DNA of 53,507 nt, taken from NCBI GenBank assembly GCA_964617105.1, contig CAZTWC010000003.1, forward strand, positions 1 to 53,507, written 5' to 3'. A program made the translations under genes and the position numbers. Of this stretch, positions 28,242 through 36,657 are shown in pieces; the stretch's first letter is position 1; every line of letters starts with the position of its first letter. The notes under the pieces were generated by a model, which saw only the letters and a list, made by a program, of their open reading frames with translations, was not told the DNA's origin and did not search any database. Source of the stretch: an uncultured Myxococcia bacterium (lineage in GTDB: Bacteria > CAZTWC01).

Positions 28242-30647
28242 ATGAATACGCTATCGAAAAATTTGATTATTGATATCTCCAGTGAAGAGGTATCAGTTAT
28301 ATGCCAAAATTTGCTCCTCGATTATGATCTGATTTCCGGTTGTTTCTCATTGAACATCGGCCAACAGATAAAGTTAAATGATATCTCTATCAGCCTCGAT
28401 TATGTGGATCAAAACCAAAAAAAAGACAACTTTTCCTCTCTTCATGCTAACAACTCCTGTTTAATGAATCTCCCTTTCAGCAATAGTTACGGTTATGGAA
28501 GGATGTTAATGTTCAGAATCGAAAGTGGACAACCGGTAGCCTTTGATCTGTTTTTCTATTTCTATGAGGGATTTAGCGGTGTTGAGATTGAGGTCTTTAT
28601 CCATTCAACCCAAAAAGATGCACTCAAATTAGAGCAGTTATTCCTATTACAAGCCGCAAAAATAGAGGTGGAAAAGAAACATGGGTTCGGTGATTGGCGT
28701 CTGCTGGATCTGGGTTTCCAGTCCTGTAGCCCGGCTGGATGCCGGGCAATCTCCACCAGAGCCAATTGTCCAGTCAATTCCCTGGTTACCGATATGTATT
28801 GCAATCCCTCCAACCTGGCCAAAGCCAAGCCCGGCAATCATTCTCTGGACTGGATGGGAATTTTTTCCGCTCCCAACTATAGGCTGGGACTAAGTATCGG
28901 ATTGATAGACCTAAAAGAGCGCTTTAATCAGGTGGTGGTAACCAGGCCGGACCGGAGAAAATCTTTTCAGATTGACGATATTATACCTCTGGATGGAATA
29001 GTTATTAAGCCGGGAGAGGTGGTTAAAAGCGGTCGACTTTCTCTGTTAACCGATGATCCGGCTCATTTGGCAGAGGACTATTTTCATAGATCCGCTCTGG
29101 TTATGAAACCCCGTACCCAACCCGCCCCAATCTCCTGTGGGTGCCTGGGTACCCTGAAATCCTCAGTGGACCACATTGATGACTACCGGCAAAAGGCAAA
29201 AAAATTAACCGAAAAATTGCCCTTACAATACTGGCTGATGGAGACTGAGTATTTAAGCGAAGTTGAAGAGTTGAAAAATTTTGTTGACTTGACCGAAGAA
29301 TCCCTGGGTAGCAAGATGGGTAATGCCTGGCCGGGGAAAATAGGATTACAGATTAGTCCCTTTATTGAGCGCAAAGACTCGCAACTATTCAAACGTCATC
29401 CCCAATGGTTTCTAATTAGTTCTAACGATGTGCCAGTCGATGCTGGCCTTCATCCGTCCAGGCATGAGGTATTTTGTGCTCTGGATACTACTAACCCAGA
29501 GGTGCAAAATTATCTGAAAATCAATTTTCATCAACTGCACAACCAGTCTGGTTTCGAGTTTTTTAAATTAGGTTATCTTTATGCTGCCAGTTTACCAGGA
29601 AAACGTTTTGACCCAACTTGCACCAGAGCGGGAGCGCTCAGAAAAGGTCTGGAGATCATCCGCCAGGCGGTGGGGCAAAAAACCCTGTTGGTTGGCAGCA
29701 GCGTGCCCCTGGGTACCGGTATAGGAATTCTCGATGCTATCGATGTAACTCCGGGAATGGGTAGCAGCTGGCAGGATATAGATAGACGCAAAATGACCCA
29801 CATCCGTTGTGATTCCTCTGCCGAGAGCACCCTGTTCAACATAGGTACCCGCCTGTTGAACCAAAACCATTGGTGGGGTATAGACAGCGGCACTCTTGCT
29901 TTAATTTCAAATGACGGTCACTTTACCGAAGAAGAACTACAATCGATAATTACCCTTAAAGGGATAGCCGGCGGCATCTCATCATTTGACTGCAGTCAAG
30001 TCTCGCCAGACGATTTAAGAATAAAGCAGGCTCAATTGCTCTGCCCCCCTGCCAGCGCTATCCAGACTACCCCTCTAAACTTGTTTGCCAGGGAGATACC
30101 CCAGGTTTACTGGACCAGGCCAGATGAGAGCGACCGAATTCTGGTGGCAGTGTTCAACTGGTATAATAGCATTGCTGATATTTTTCTCCCCCTGACCCAG
30201 ATAACTAACACCAAATGCCATGTGTTTGATTTTTGGAAACAGCGTTATCAAGGTATTTGGGAAGGAGAAGATATTTTTTGTTTTGTGCCAGCCCACAGCA
30301 CCTTTTTCCTGCACCTTACCCCCTTGACCAAAACCCCCCGGGTAGTGGGTTCAACTTTACACATTACCGGCGGGCTGGAGGAGATAAAAGCGGAAACCTT
30401 TCTGGAAGAGGAAAAAAGGTTACAAATAGAATTATCCCTGCCTGGTCAGCGCACCGGGGAGTTATATATCTATTTACCCGATCCTTTTCAAATAAAAACG
30501 GCTTTTTCCTCAAAAAGCCTGGACTATACTTCTGGTCTTCAGGAAGTAAACTACTCTCTCCAGGATAAAAATATCGCTAAACTTCAAATCCAATTTACCC
30601 ATTGTTTAAATATTATGGTTGATTTTGCAACGGATGACAACCAGTGA
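28242..30647 (+). CDS. GH36/melibiase-like (clan GH-D TIM-barrel) protein, apparently cytoplasmic, with substituted catalytic motifs
   Basis: No signal peptide. IGLQISPFIERKDSQLFKRHPQWFL, ALDTTNPEVQNYL and GFEFFKLGYLY are collinear with the melibiase strands GLWxEPEMVxxxSxLxxxHPDW, LDxSxPEV and IDYxKWDxN. Similarity is judged from memory. Confidence 0.45.
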   Translation: MNTLSKNLIIDISSEEVSVICQNLLLDYDLISGCFSLNIGQQIKLNDISISLDYVDQNQKKDNFSSLHANNSCLMNLPFSNSYGYGRMLMFRIESGQPVAFDLFFYFYEGFSGVEIEVFIHSTQKDALKLEQLFLLQAAKIEVEKKHGFGDWRLLDLGFQSCSPAGCRAISTRANCPVNSLVTDMYCNPSNLAKAKPGNHSLDWMGIFSAPNYRLGLSIGLIDLKERFNQVVVTRPDRRKSFQIDDIIPLDGIVIKPGEVVKSGRLSLLTDDPAHLAEDYFHRSALVMKPRTQPAPISCGCLGTLKSSVDHIDDYRQKAKKLTEKLPLQYWLMETEYLSEVEELKNFVDLTEESLGSKMGNAWPGKIGLQISPFIERKDSQLFKRHPQWFLISSNDVPVDAGLHPSRHEVFCALDTTNPEVQNYLKINFHQLHNQSGFEFFKLGYLYAASLPGKRFDPTCTRAGALRKGLEIIRQAVGQKTLLVGSSVPLGTGIGILDAIDVTPGMGSSWQDIDRRKMTHIRCDSSAESTLFNIGTRLLNQNHWWGIDSGTLALISNDGHFTEEELQSIITLKGIAGGISSFDCSQVSPDDLRIKQAQLLCPPASAIQTTPLNLFAREIPQVYWTRPDESDRILVAVFNWYNSIADIFLPLTQITNTKCHVFDFWKQRYQGIWEGEDIFCFVPAHSTFFLHLTPLTKTPRVVGSTLHITGGLEEIKAETFLEEEKRLQIELSLPGQRTGELYIYLPDPFQIKTAFSSKSLDYTSGLQEVNYSLQDKNIAKLQIQFTHCLNIMVDFATDDNQ

Positions 30648-32263
30648 ACTTAAGAACCATTTTTATCTTTACCCAGATGATCATCTGCTTTTTGACCCTA
30701 CCTGCCCTGGCTGGCGGTCCATTTAGTTATCAAAACTACCTGATCGGTTCCAGAGCAGCGGGTATGGGAGGGGCAACCGCCGCTTTTGGCCATGATTCAT
30801 CAGCGCCTTATATAAACCCCGCTGGTCTTGGCAGAATCGAGCACTCTATTTTTAGCCTTTCAATAAATACCTTCAACTTTGCCGGCAAGGGACAATCCTG
30901 CCCAGAGCAGATAGGAAACACGGATAGTATTGAAACTTGCCAATTCGGTTCATCCTCTTTTTTCAATCAAACCACCTCCCTGGTTTACGGGTACAACTTT
31001 AAAAATGACCCGGCCAAAAATCGTTCTCATCTGATTTTAATGTCGATAATTATTCCTGATCATTACTCTTTTTCCATGACCAGGGAGATCGACCGGCATC
31101 ATTCCAGCCCACAGGGAGAAAAAAGATTGGGCAAACTGGATGAATTTACCTCTCTCAAAGAACAGACCTATTGGATCGGTCCAACTTATGCGTCCCGTTT
31201 TGGGCAACTCTATCTGGGCATATCCCTGTTTTTCCTCTACCATATCCACGATAATGACTACAAACTCTCTTTGGTAGAAGTTGCCCAAAACGGTAACGGA
31301 CATTTAGAAACCAGTGGAAAAGTAGTGGCCGCCAACAAAAAAATGGGGTTTCGTTCGGGGCACTCTTATAACCTGGCGTCTATTTTTGGTTTGCAGTACG
31401 ATTGGAAAAATATCAGCCTGGGAACATCTCTCAGGCTCTCTTCCTACCAATTCAGCGGCCAGGGTAGAGTTTTTGAAGATTATTCCGACTTAAGCGGTGA
31501 CCTGTATAACATCAAAGAGATTTCCGGGGGCAAATATCAATACCAACTACCCGCCCGTCTAACCCTGGGAATAGGCTATCGAAAACCGGAACAAATCAAG
31601 GTGGCCTTGGATTTACAGTATTTTTTTTCCCTGTCCCAATATCTGGATTTTCCATCTCAAGTGAAAAAACTCAGCATTCAAGGAAATGATAATGGTACTA
31701 CAGGAGCAGGTAGTGTCATCCACCATCCTGGTGAGAGCAGCCTACCTTACTCCAGTAATTATATCGCCAGAAAAGCGGTTCTGAATTTTAATTTGGGTTG
31801 TGAGTATCACCTGGGGCGAAAATATCTGCTGCGGGCAGGGGCTTTTTCCAACTTCTCTTCGGCCCGAAAACTCCCGGAGGAGGTTGCGCCCCAACAGTTG
31901 TACCAATATCTCTATGGTTTTCAGCCCAAAAATACTATTGACCAGTGGGGAGGTACCCTGGGCTTCGGATATATAGGGCACATCACCAATGTGGACCTGG
32001 GAGTTATGTTCGCCTATGGCCGGGGAGACACCCTGGCAGGTTCCGTGGCCCAATCAGGCGCTCGTGAATACCGGCCGGTGAATATGGAAGAATACCGGAT
32101 GATATTTTTTATCACCGGCTCCTTTAAGCCCTCGGATCTGCTGAAAAAATACTATCGCAAATATCTACAGAACTACATGGACGAAGTGCTGGATGTGGTA
32201 ATTGAAACTCCCGAGAAATTGCTAAAAAAACCAAGAGAGTTTTTTAATGGTAATACAGAATGA
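30644..32263 (+). CDS. FadL/TodX/PorV-like outer-membrane beta-barrel protein
   Basis: Signal peptide ending LPALA. The N-terminal plug motif GSRAAGMGGATAAFGHDSSAPYINPAGLG is typical of FadL-type barrels. Alternating beta-strand pattern. The GTG start overlaps the upstream stop (GTGA). Confidence 0.65.
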   Translation: MNLRTIFIFTQMIICFLTLPALAGGPFSYQNYLIGSRAAGMGGATAAFGHDSSAPYINPAGLGRIEHSIFSLSINTFNFAGKGQSCPEQIGNTDSIETCQFGSSSFFNQTTSLVYGYNFKNDPAKNRSHLILMSIIIPDHYSFSMTREIDRHHSSPQGEKRLGKLDEFTSLKEQTYWIGPTYASRFGQLYLGISLFFLYHIHDNDYKLSLVEVAQNGNGHLETSGKVVAANKKMGFRSGHSYNLASIFGLQYDWKNISLGTSLRLSSYQFSGQGRVFEDYSDLSGDLYNIKEISGGKYQYQLPARLTLGIGYRKPEQIKVALDLQYFFSLSQYLDFPSQVKKLSIQGNDNGTTGAGSVIHHPGESSLPYSSNYIARKAVLNFNLGCEYHLGRKYLLRAGAFSNFSSARKLPEEVAPQQLYQYLYGFQPKNTIDQWGGTLGFGYIGHITNVDLGVMFAYGRGDTLAGSVAQSGAREYRPVNMEEYRMIFFITGSFKPSDLLKKYYRKYLQNYMDEVLDVVIETPEKLLKKPREFFNGNTE

Positions 32264-32265
32264 GT

Positions 32266-32287
32266 CGAGATGCAGCCTAATTTTTCC
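32266..32287. repeat. Second copy of the 22-nt motif CGAGATGCAGCCTAATTTTTCC
   Basis: Identical to 22599-22621 except for the T-run length (5 vs 6). Same orientation. It fills the gap between the convergent genes ending at 32263 and 32287. Confidence 0.8.
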
Positions 32288-34125
32288 TAGAATTGGGGGA
32301 TTGTGTTGTTTATCTGCTTTAGATCCAACCCCCCAGCAAAACCGTAAGATACGTCGCTGTCATAACCGTAGACCTGAAGTCCCACTGGCACATTGGACTT
32401 GATACTGTGGGTGCCATCCATTACTTTTATATGGGCCACCGAGTATTTGGTTGGACCTACCCCCTTGAATTGGCTCGGTTGCACCACTTTGCCGTCCAAC
32501 ATTACCTGAGCGCCCTGGGGAGCGATAATACTGATATAGTCGTCTTTGTAGTTGCTGGGGGTTAAAAATACATAATCGGGGCGAAATTGCTCCACTGGCA
32601 CCGCCAGCATGTAGGTAGGATCGCCTCCCTCAATTTTTTTCTGACCCAATAAAGGTTGGCCGCCATACCAGTCTCCCACTAAAAATTGCCCCACCATTAT
32701 TGGCTTGTCCGCGTTAACCATAAACGATGTGGTAGCAAGGAACTCCCAGACTTCACCGGCTTTTAATACTTTGCTGCCCGCTGGCGCCTCTTTGGGCGTG
32801 GGGGTGAGTTCTACTTTGGTCTGATCTTCCGTCGCAATAATACGCCACAAATCAGGTTCCACAAAGCCGGCTTTGCCTCTAACCTTTGATTTGGCGGCAA
32901 TATAGGCTTTGCCCAGAGTATTTAGAGGGAACATCTGCTGTTCCAAATGATCGCAGCAACAGGTGGTTTTGGGTATATTGGTGCATTCATTGCCGCTGAA
33001 AACCACCACCGGCTTGTTGGCTTTGATAATAGAACCGGAGAGATCACCGGCATCGGTGCCGGTTTCCAGGTTGAGAACCGCCCATCTATCCAGGACAAAA
33101 TTCTGGCTCTTACCGGCCTGAATGATAGGAACTCCATTGCCCGCCTTTACCGTGGCCTTTACCAACGCGGTTATCTCAGTTTCTCCTTCAGCCACCGCCA
33201 CTATAGTCACAAACCCTGGCCGTTCCTCAGTGCCCTTCTTGTAGGACGGCCAGTTCAGGGTTACATAGGTGTCTCCGGCGCTGGTGGTAGGCATCAGCAA
33301 AGAGGCATCGTTGCTGTAGACTTCCACGTTATCCAGGGGATTGAATTGATAGGCAATAACCGGGATGTCGCTCTTAATGGTATAGGATTTTTTAGAGATG
33401 TTTGAGCCTTCCACATCTTTTCTGGGCAGTTTGAAGGTCGCCACCTTGGATGGTGCCACTGGTTTGTTAGCAATCTGTTTTCCGGTTTCATTGTCAAACA
33501 CCTGAACATTGGCAACCCTGGTTTGATGGGTATTGCTGATAACCACCGCATGGTCGTGTTGGGCTGCGGGTTTTGTAACCGTGGAACTAGGTTGAGTATC
33601 GTTGTTGTCGTTGTCCAGGTCGATAGACACATACTCGCAACCCATGTAGTTTTTCCTGGCAGCAGCCGTAGCGCAAAGATTGGCGCACTGATTTAGTTGA
33701 CAGAAATAACCGCTGCCCAAATTGCGGCAATCTTTGTTCACAAAGGCAGACCCCTCTTGATTGCACTCCTGCAGAGTGTAGTCGTTAAGGCACTTGGTTG
33801 CCCCAGGGGTGCAGGTATATTGTTTGCATTGGCCGTTATCACAGGTAGAACCCTGATTGCAAGCGTATTCGATATACTTTTTACCATTGGTATCGCACAT
33901 CTTTACCGTGTTTTTATCCAGACACTGTTTATGACCAGGAGTACATAAAGTGCCGCTACCCTGTCCTCCCTGATCGGAAGTGGGGTCAATACATTTGCCA
34001 TCTTGACATACCAGTCCAGCCGGACAAGGGCACTGAGAGGTTTTATCTTCTCCGCATCGATAAAAAAGGGTGAAAATCAAAATAGAGATTAGGCAAATAA
34101 TTCCTTGGCTCGCTTTTATCTTCAT
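32287..34125 (-). CDS. Secreted Cys-rich-repeat protein with an IgGFc-binding-N-like beta-rich domain (adhesin-like)
   Basis: N-terminal anchor/signal. About 150 aa of CxxGxxC..C modules (CPCPAGLVCQDGKC; CTPGHKQCLD..; CTPGATKCLND..). Then the segments ...NDASLLMPTTSAGDTY... and ...VVFSGNECTNIP...CCCDHLEQQMFPLNTLG..., reminiscent of the IgGFc_binding family. Confidence 0.55.
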   Translation of the reverse strand: MKIKASQGIICLISILIFTLFYRCGEDKTSQCPCPAGLVCQDGKCIDPTSDQGGQGSGTLCTPGHKQCLDKNTVKMCDTNGKKYIEYACNQGSTCDNGQCKQYTCTPGATKCLNDYTLQECNQEGSAFVNKDCRNLGSGYFCQLNQCANLCATAAARKNYMGCEYVSIDLDNDNNDTQPSSTVTKPAAQHDHAVVISNTHQTRVANVQVFDNETGKQIANKPVAPSKVATFKLPRKDVEGSNISKKSYTIKSDIPVIAYQFNPLDNVEVYSNDASLLMPTTSAGDTYVTLNWPSYKKGTEERPGFVTIVAVAEGETEITALVKATVKAGNGVPIIQAGKSQNFVLDRWAVLNLETGTDAGDLSGSIIKANKPVVVFSGNECTNIPKTTCCCDHLEQQMFPLNTLGKAYIAAKSKVRGKAGFVEPDLWRIIATEDQTKVELTPTPKEAPAGSKVLKAGEVWEFLATTSFMVNADKPIMVGQFLVGDWYGGQPLLGQKKIEGGDPTYMLAVPVEQFRPDYVFLTPSNYKDDYISIIAPQGAQVMLDGKVVQPSQFKGVGPTKYSVAHIKVMDGTHSIKSNVPVGLQVYGYDSDVSYGFAGGLDLKQINNTIPQF

Positions 34126-34271
34126 CTAGACCTCCCAAAATAATTAATTATCATATTAGAATAACAGAGGTTGAATTTTTGTTCAACAGATAAGTATCAA
34201 TTGTCTTGAAGCCTACACTGAGATATGATAAAATTTACCCACCGGTTATTACGATATTAGGATAGGACAAA

Positions 34272-35219
34272 GTGGACGAACAATTTAAAGACCTCTTTAG
34301 AGACTTGGCCAGTGAAGAAGCGGAGGTGCGTTCCACCGCCGCCATTATTCTGGGACAGATCGGTCCTCCCGTGGTGGAGTCTCTGATAATCACCCTGGAG
34401 GACAAAAACCCTTTGGTGCGGGAAGGCGTGGCTGTTGCGCTGGGGCAAGTGGGCGATATTCGGGCCACCGAACCGTTGTGTAAAAGCCTCTCTGACCAGG
34501 AGGAATCGGTCCGCTTCAATTCGGCCGAAGCCCTGGGATGGCTAGGTGACCCTAGAGCAATTGAGCCCTTGATAGAAAGTCTTAGCGATAAAAATGAGCG
34601 AGTCCGTTTTGGCGCCGCCGTTGCCCTGGGTCAACTGGCTGACAATTCGGCAATTGAGGCGTTAATAACTGCTCTTAAAGATTCTGATAAAACTGTGCGG
34701 GCTGCAGCCGCCTCATCTCTAGGACAAATTGGTGACACCCGGGCGGTGGAAGCACTGATAGAGGCCTGTAAAGATCCAGAGGCGGAAGTGCGCAGTAAAG
34801 TAGTAGGAACCCTGGGAGAATTAAAAGATCCCCGGGCGGTGGATGGCCTGATAACCGTCCTGAGTGATGAGAGTGAATATGTGCGGGGCAGCGCTGCTTT
34901 CTCCCTGGGGGAGATAGGCGATCCGACCGCTATAACACCACTGGTGCAAACGCTAAGTGACGACAATTCGTTGGTCAGGCGCGGGGCCATGGAGTCTTTG
35001 GTTAAATTTGGCTCAACCGCAGTTCCGGATCTTTTACCGATTTTATTGGTTGAACATGATAAAGCCCGTGAGAATACCGCCGTAGTTTTAGGCGATATAG
35101 GGGATCCGTCAGCGCTGGAGGCTCTGGCCAATGCCGCCAAAGAGGACACCAACCGGTATGTGCGTGAGAACGCTAAAGAATCTATTGAAAAGATAGAAGA
35201 GAGATTATCCTTACCATGA
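34272..35219 (+). CDS. HEAT-repeat (PBS-lyase-type) protein, about 9-10 units of 31 aa
   Basis: Repeated D..VR..AA.ALG.IGD.RA.E.LI..L units throughout. GTG start. Confidence 0.85.
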   Translation: MDEQFKDLFRDLASEEAEVRSTAAIILGQIGPPVVESLIITLEDKNPLVREGVAVALGQVGDIRATEPLCKSLSDQEESVRFNSAEALGWLGDPRAIEPLIESLSDKNERVRFGAAVALGQLADNSAIEALITALKDSDKTVRAAAASSLGQIGDTRAVEALIEACKDPEAEVRSKVVGTLGELKDPRAVDGLITVLSDESEYVRGSAAFSLGEIGDPTAITPLVQTLSDDNSLVRRGAMESLVKFGSTAVPDLLPILLVEHDKARENTAVVLGDIGDPSALEALANAAKEDTNRYVRENAKESIEKIEERLSLP

Positions 35220-35626
35220 TACAGGAAAACGGATGGGTGGTACAGGCCGGTAAAAATTGGCTGAAAATCAAAATCAACCGTTCTTCCAGTTGTCAACATT
35301 GCCAGTCAAAAAATCTCTGCCAATCCACATCCAGCAGCGAACGTATTCTGCATATCCATTTCAACCCTGGTCTAACCGAGGGCGACAGAGTAAAACTAAG
35401 CCTTCCGGAAAGACGGGCTTTGTGGGCTTCTGTAATTGTGTATCTTCTCCCTTTAGCGCTTTTGACCGGCGGCGCTTTTGGTAGCCATCTCTACTTTAAC
35501 AGCCAGGCAGCTGCGGCTATTGGCGCCTTTGTCATGCTGGGCACCGGTTTTTTCCTGATCTATCTAATTGGCAAAATAAGCCAACAAAGAGGAACCTTTA
35601 ATCCCAAAATTGAGAAAATCCTATGA
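35216..35626 (+). CDS. RseC/MucC-family small membrane protein (SoxR-reducing-system RseC-like)
   Basis: N-terminal beta segment with CQHCQSKNLC, then EGDRVKLSLP, then two TMs (ASVIVYLLPLALLTGGAFG; AAAIGAFVMLGTGFFLIYLIG). ATGA overlap with the HEAT gene. Confidence 0.7.
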   Translation: MIQENGWVVQAGKNWLKIKINRSSSCQHCQSKNLCQSTSSSERILHIHFNPGLTEGDRVKLSLPERRALWASVIVYLLPLALLTGGAFGSHLYFNSQAAAAIGAFVMLGTGFFLIYLIGKISQQRGTFNPKIEKIL

Positions 35627-35746
35627 AAAAAAGTGCCCATTTCTATGTCTGGAAATGTGGTCTGCTTTCGCTTTTTATTCTCAACCAATATGTTATAGTA
35701 AAAACAAGTACTCATCACCGGTTTGAACATTAATCAGGGGTTTGAT

Positions 35747-36613
35747 ATGAAAAATGATGTTAATTTGAGCATGCTCTTAAAAAGAGAAAATAGAGGTGAC
35801 CGCCAAATCTTTAGGGTGATTTTAATGATTGGTATTCTGACCATCTTCTTATCATCCTTTCCGGGTGCAGCAAAGCCGGGCAAGGCCAATAAAGCCCTGG
35901 AGATTATGGAAAAAGTGGAATCGCAAAACCAGTCACAAGACTCCCAGCAGATTTCTACCATGACTCTTTACAATGCCAAAGGACAGAGCCGGGTCAGGAA
36001 AATTGCCACCATTTCCAAACTTTTTGACCAGGGCAAAACCGAAAAAAGGCTACTTCGCTTTTTAGACCCCCCGGATATCAAAGGTACCGGTCTTCTGATC
36101 TTTGATTATGAAAAGAAAGATGACGATATGTGGATTTTTTTGCCCGCTCTGAGAAAAAGCAGACGAATTGTCTCCTCGGAAAAATCAAAACGCTTTATGG
36201 GCTCTGAGTTTTCCTATGCTGATATCTCTCCTCCCGAAGTAAAAGATTTCAATTTCAAACTGCTGGGTAGCGAAAAAATAAATGGGACAAACTGCTGGAA
36301 AATAGAATCCAAACCTAAAAACGAAGATATCTCGGAGCAGACGGGCTATTCACGCCGCCTACTGTGGGTGGGACAAAAAGATTATGTGCTTCGCAAAGTT
36401 TTGTTTTACGACTTGGATGACGAATTGCTGAAAATATTGAACGTGTCATCTGTAAAAGAGGTTAATTCCAAAAAACATATTTTTCGGGCCTTTAAATTGG
36501 AGATGGATAACCAGCAAAACCAACGTAAGTCAATAATTCAGATTGAAAAATTAGAGTTGGACCAGGGAGTTGGGGGAAAATATTTTACCCTTAAGTATCT
36601 AGAAAAACCATAG
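35747..36613 (+). CDS. LolA-like outer-membrane lipoprotein-sorting family protein
   Basis: Signal peptide plus the family-typical segment DDMWIFLPALRKSRRIVSSEKSKRFMGSEFSYADIS. The ATG at 35747 is preferred to the TTG at 35723. Confidence 0.65.
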   Translation: MKNDVNLSMLLKRENRGDRQIFRVILMIGILTIFLSSFPGAAKPGKANKALEIMEKVESQNQSQDSQQISTMTLYNAKGQSRVRKIATISKLFDQGKTEKRLLRFLDPPDIKGTGLLIFDYEKKDDDMWIFLPALRKSRRIVSSEKSKRFMGSEFSYADISPPEVKDFNFKLLGSEKINGTNCWKIESKPKNEDISEQTGYSRRLLWVGQKDYVLRKVLFYDLDDELLKILNVSSVKEVNSKKHIFRAFKLEMDNQQNQRKSIIQIEKLELDQGVGGKYFTLKYLEKP

Positions 36614-36657
36614 ACTGAGAGGCCACCGGCATCTCTTTGCTCGTTGAAGGATTGACA

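Noticed and set aside
34300-35200. Roughly 93-bp periodicity that could be mistaken for a repeat array or CRISPR
   Set aside because: The periodicity is the 31-aa HEAT unit at the protein level. The DNA units are divergent, there are no unique spacers between conserved repeats, and no cas genes are present.
34631-35299. 222-aa minus-strand ORF antisense to the HEAT-repeat gene
   Set aside because: It is an artefact of repetitive, GC-biased codon usage in the HEAT repeats, giving a Ser/Ala/Arg-rich translation with no motif. The sense-strand repeat units are unmistakable.
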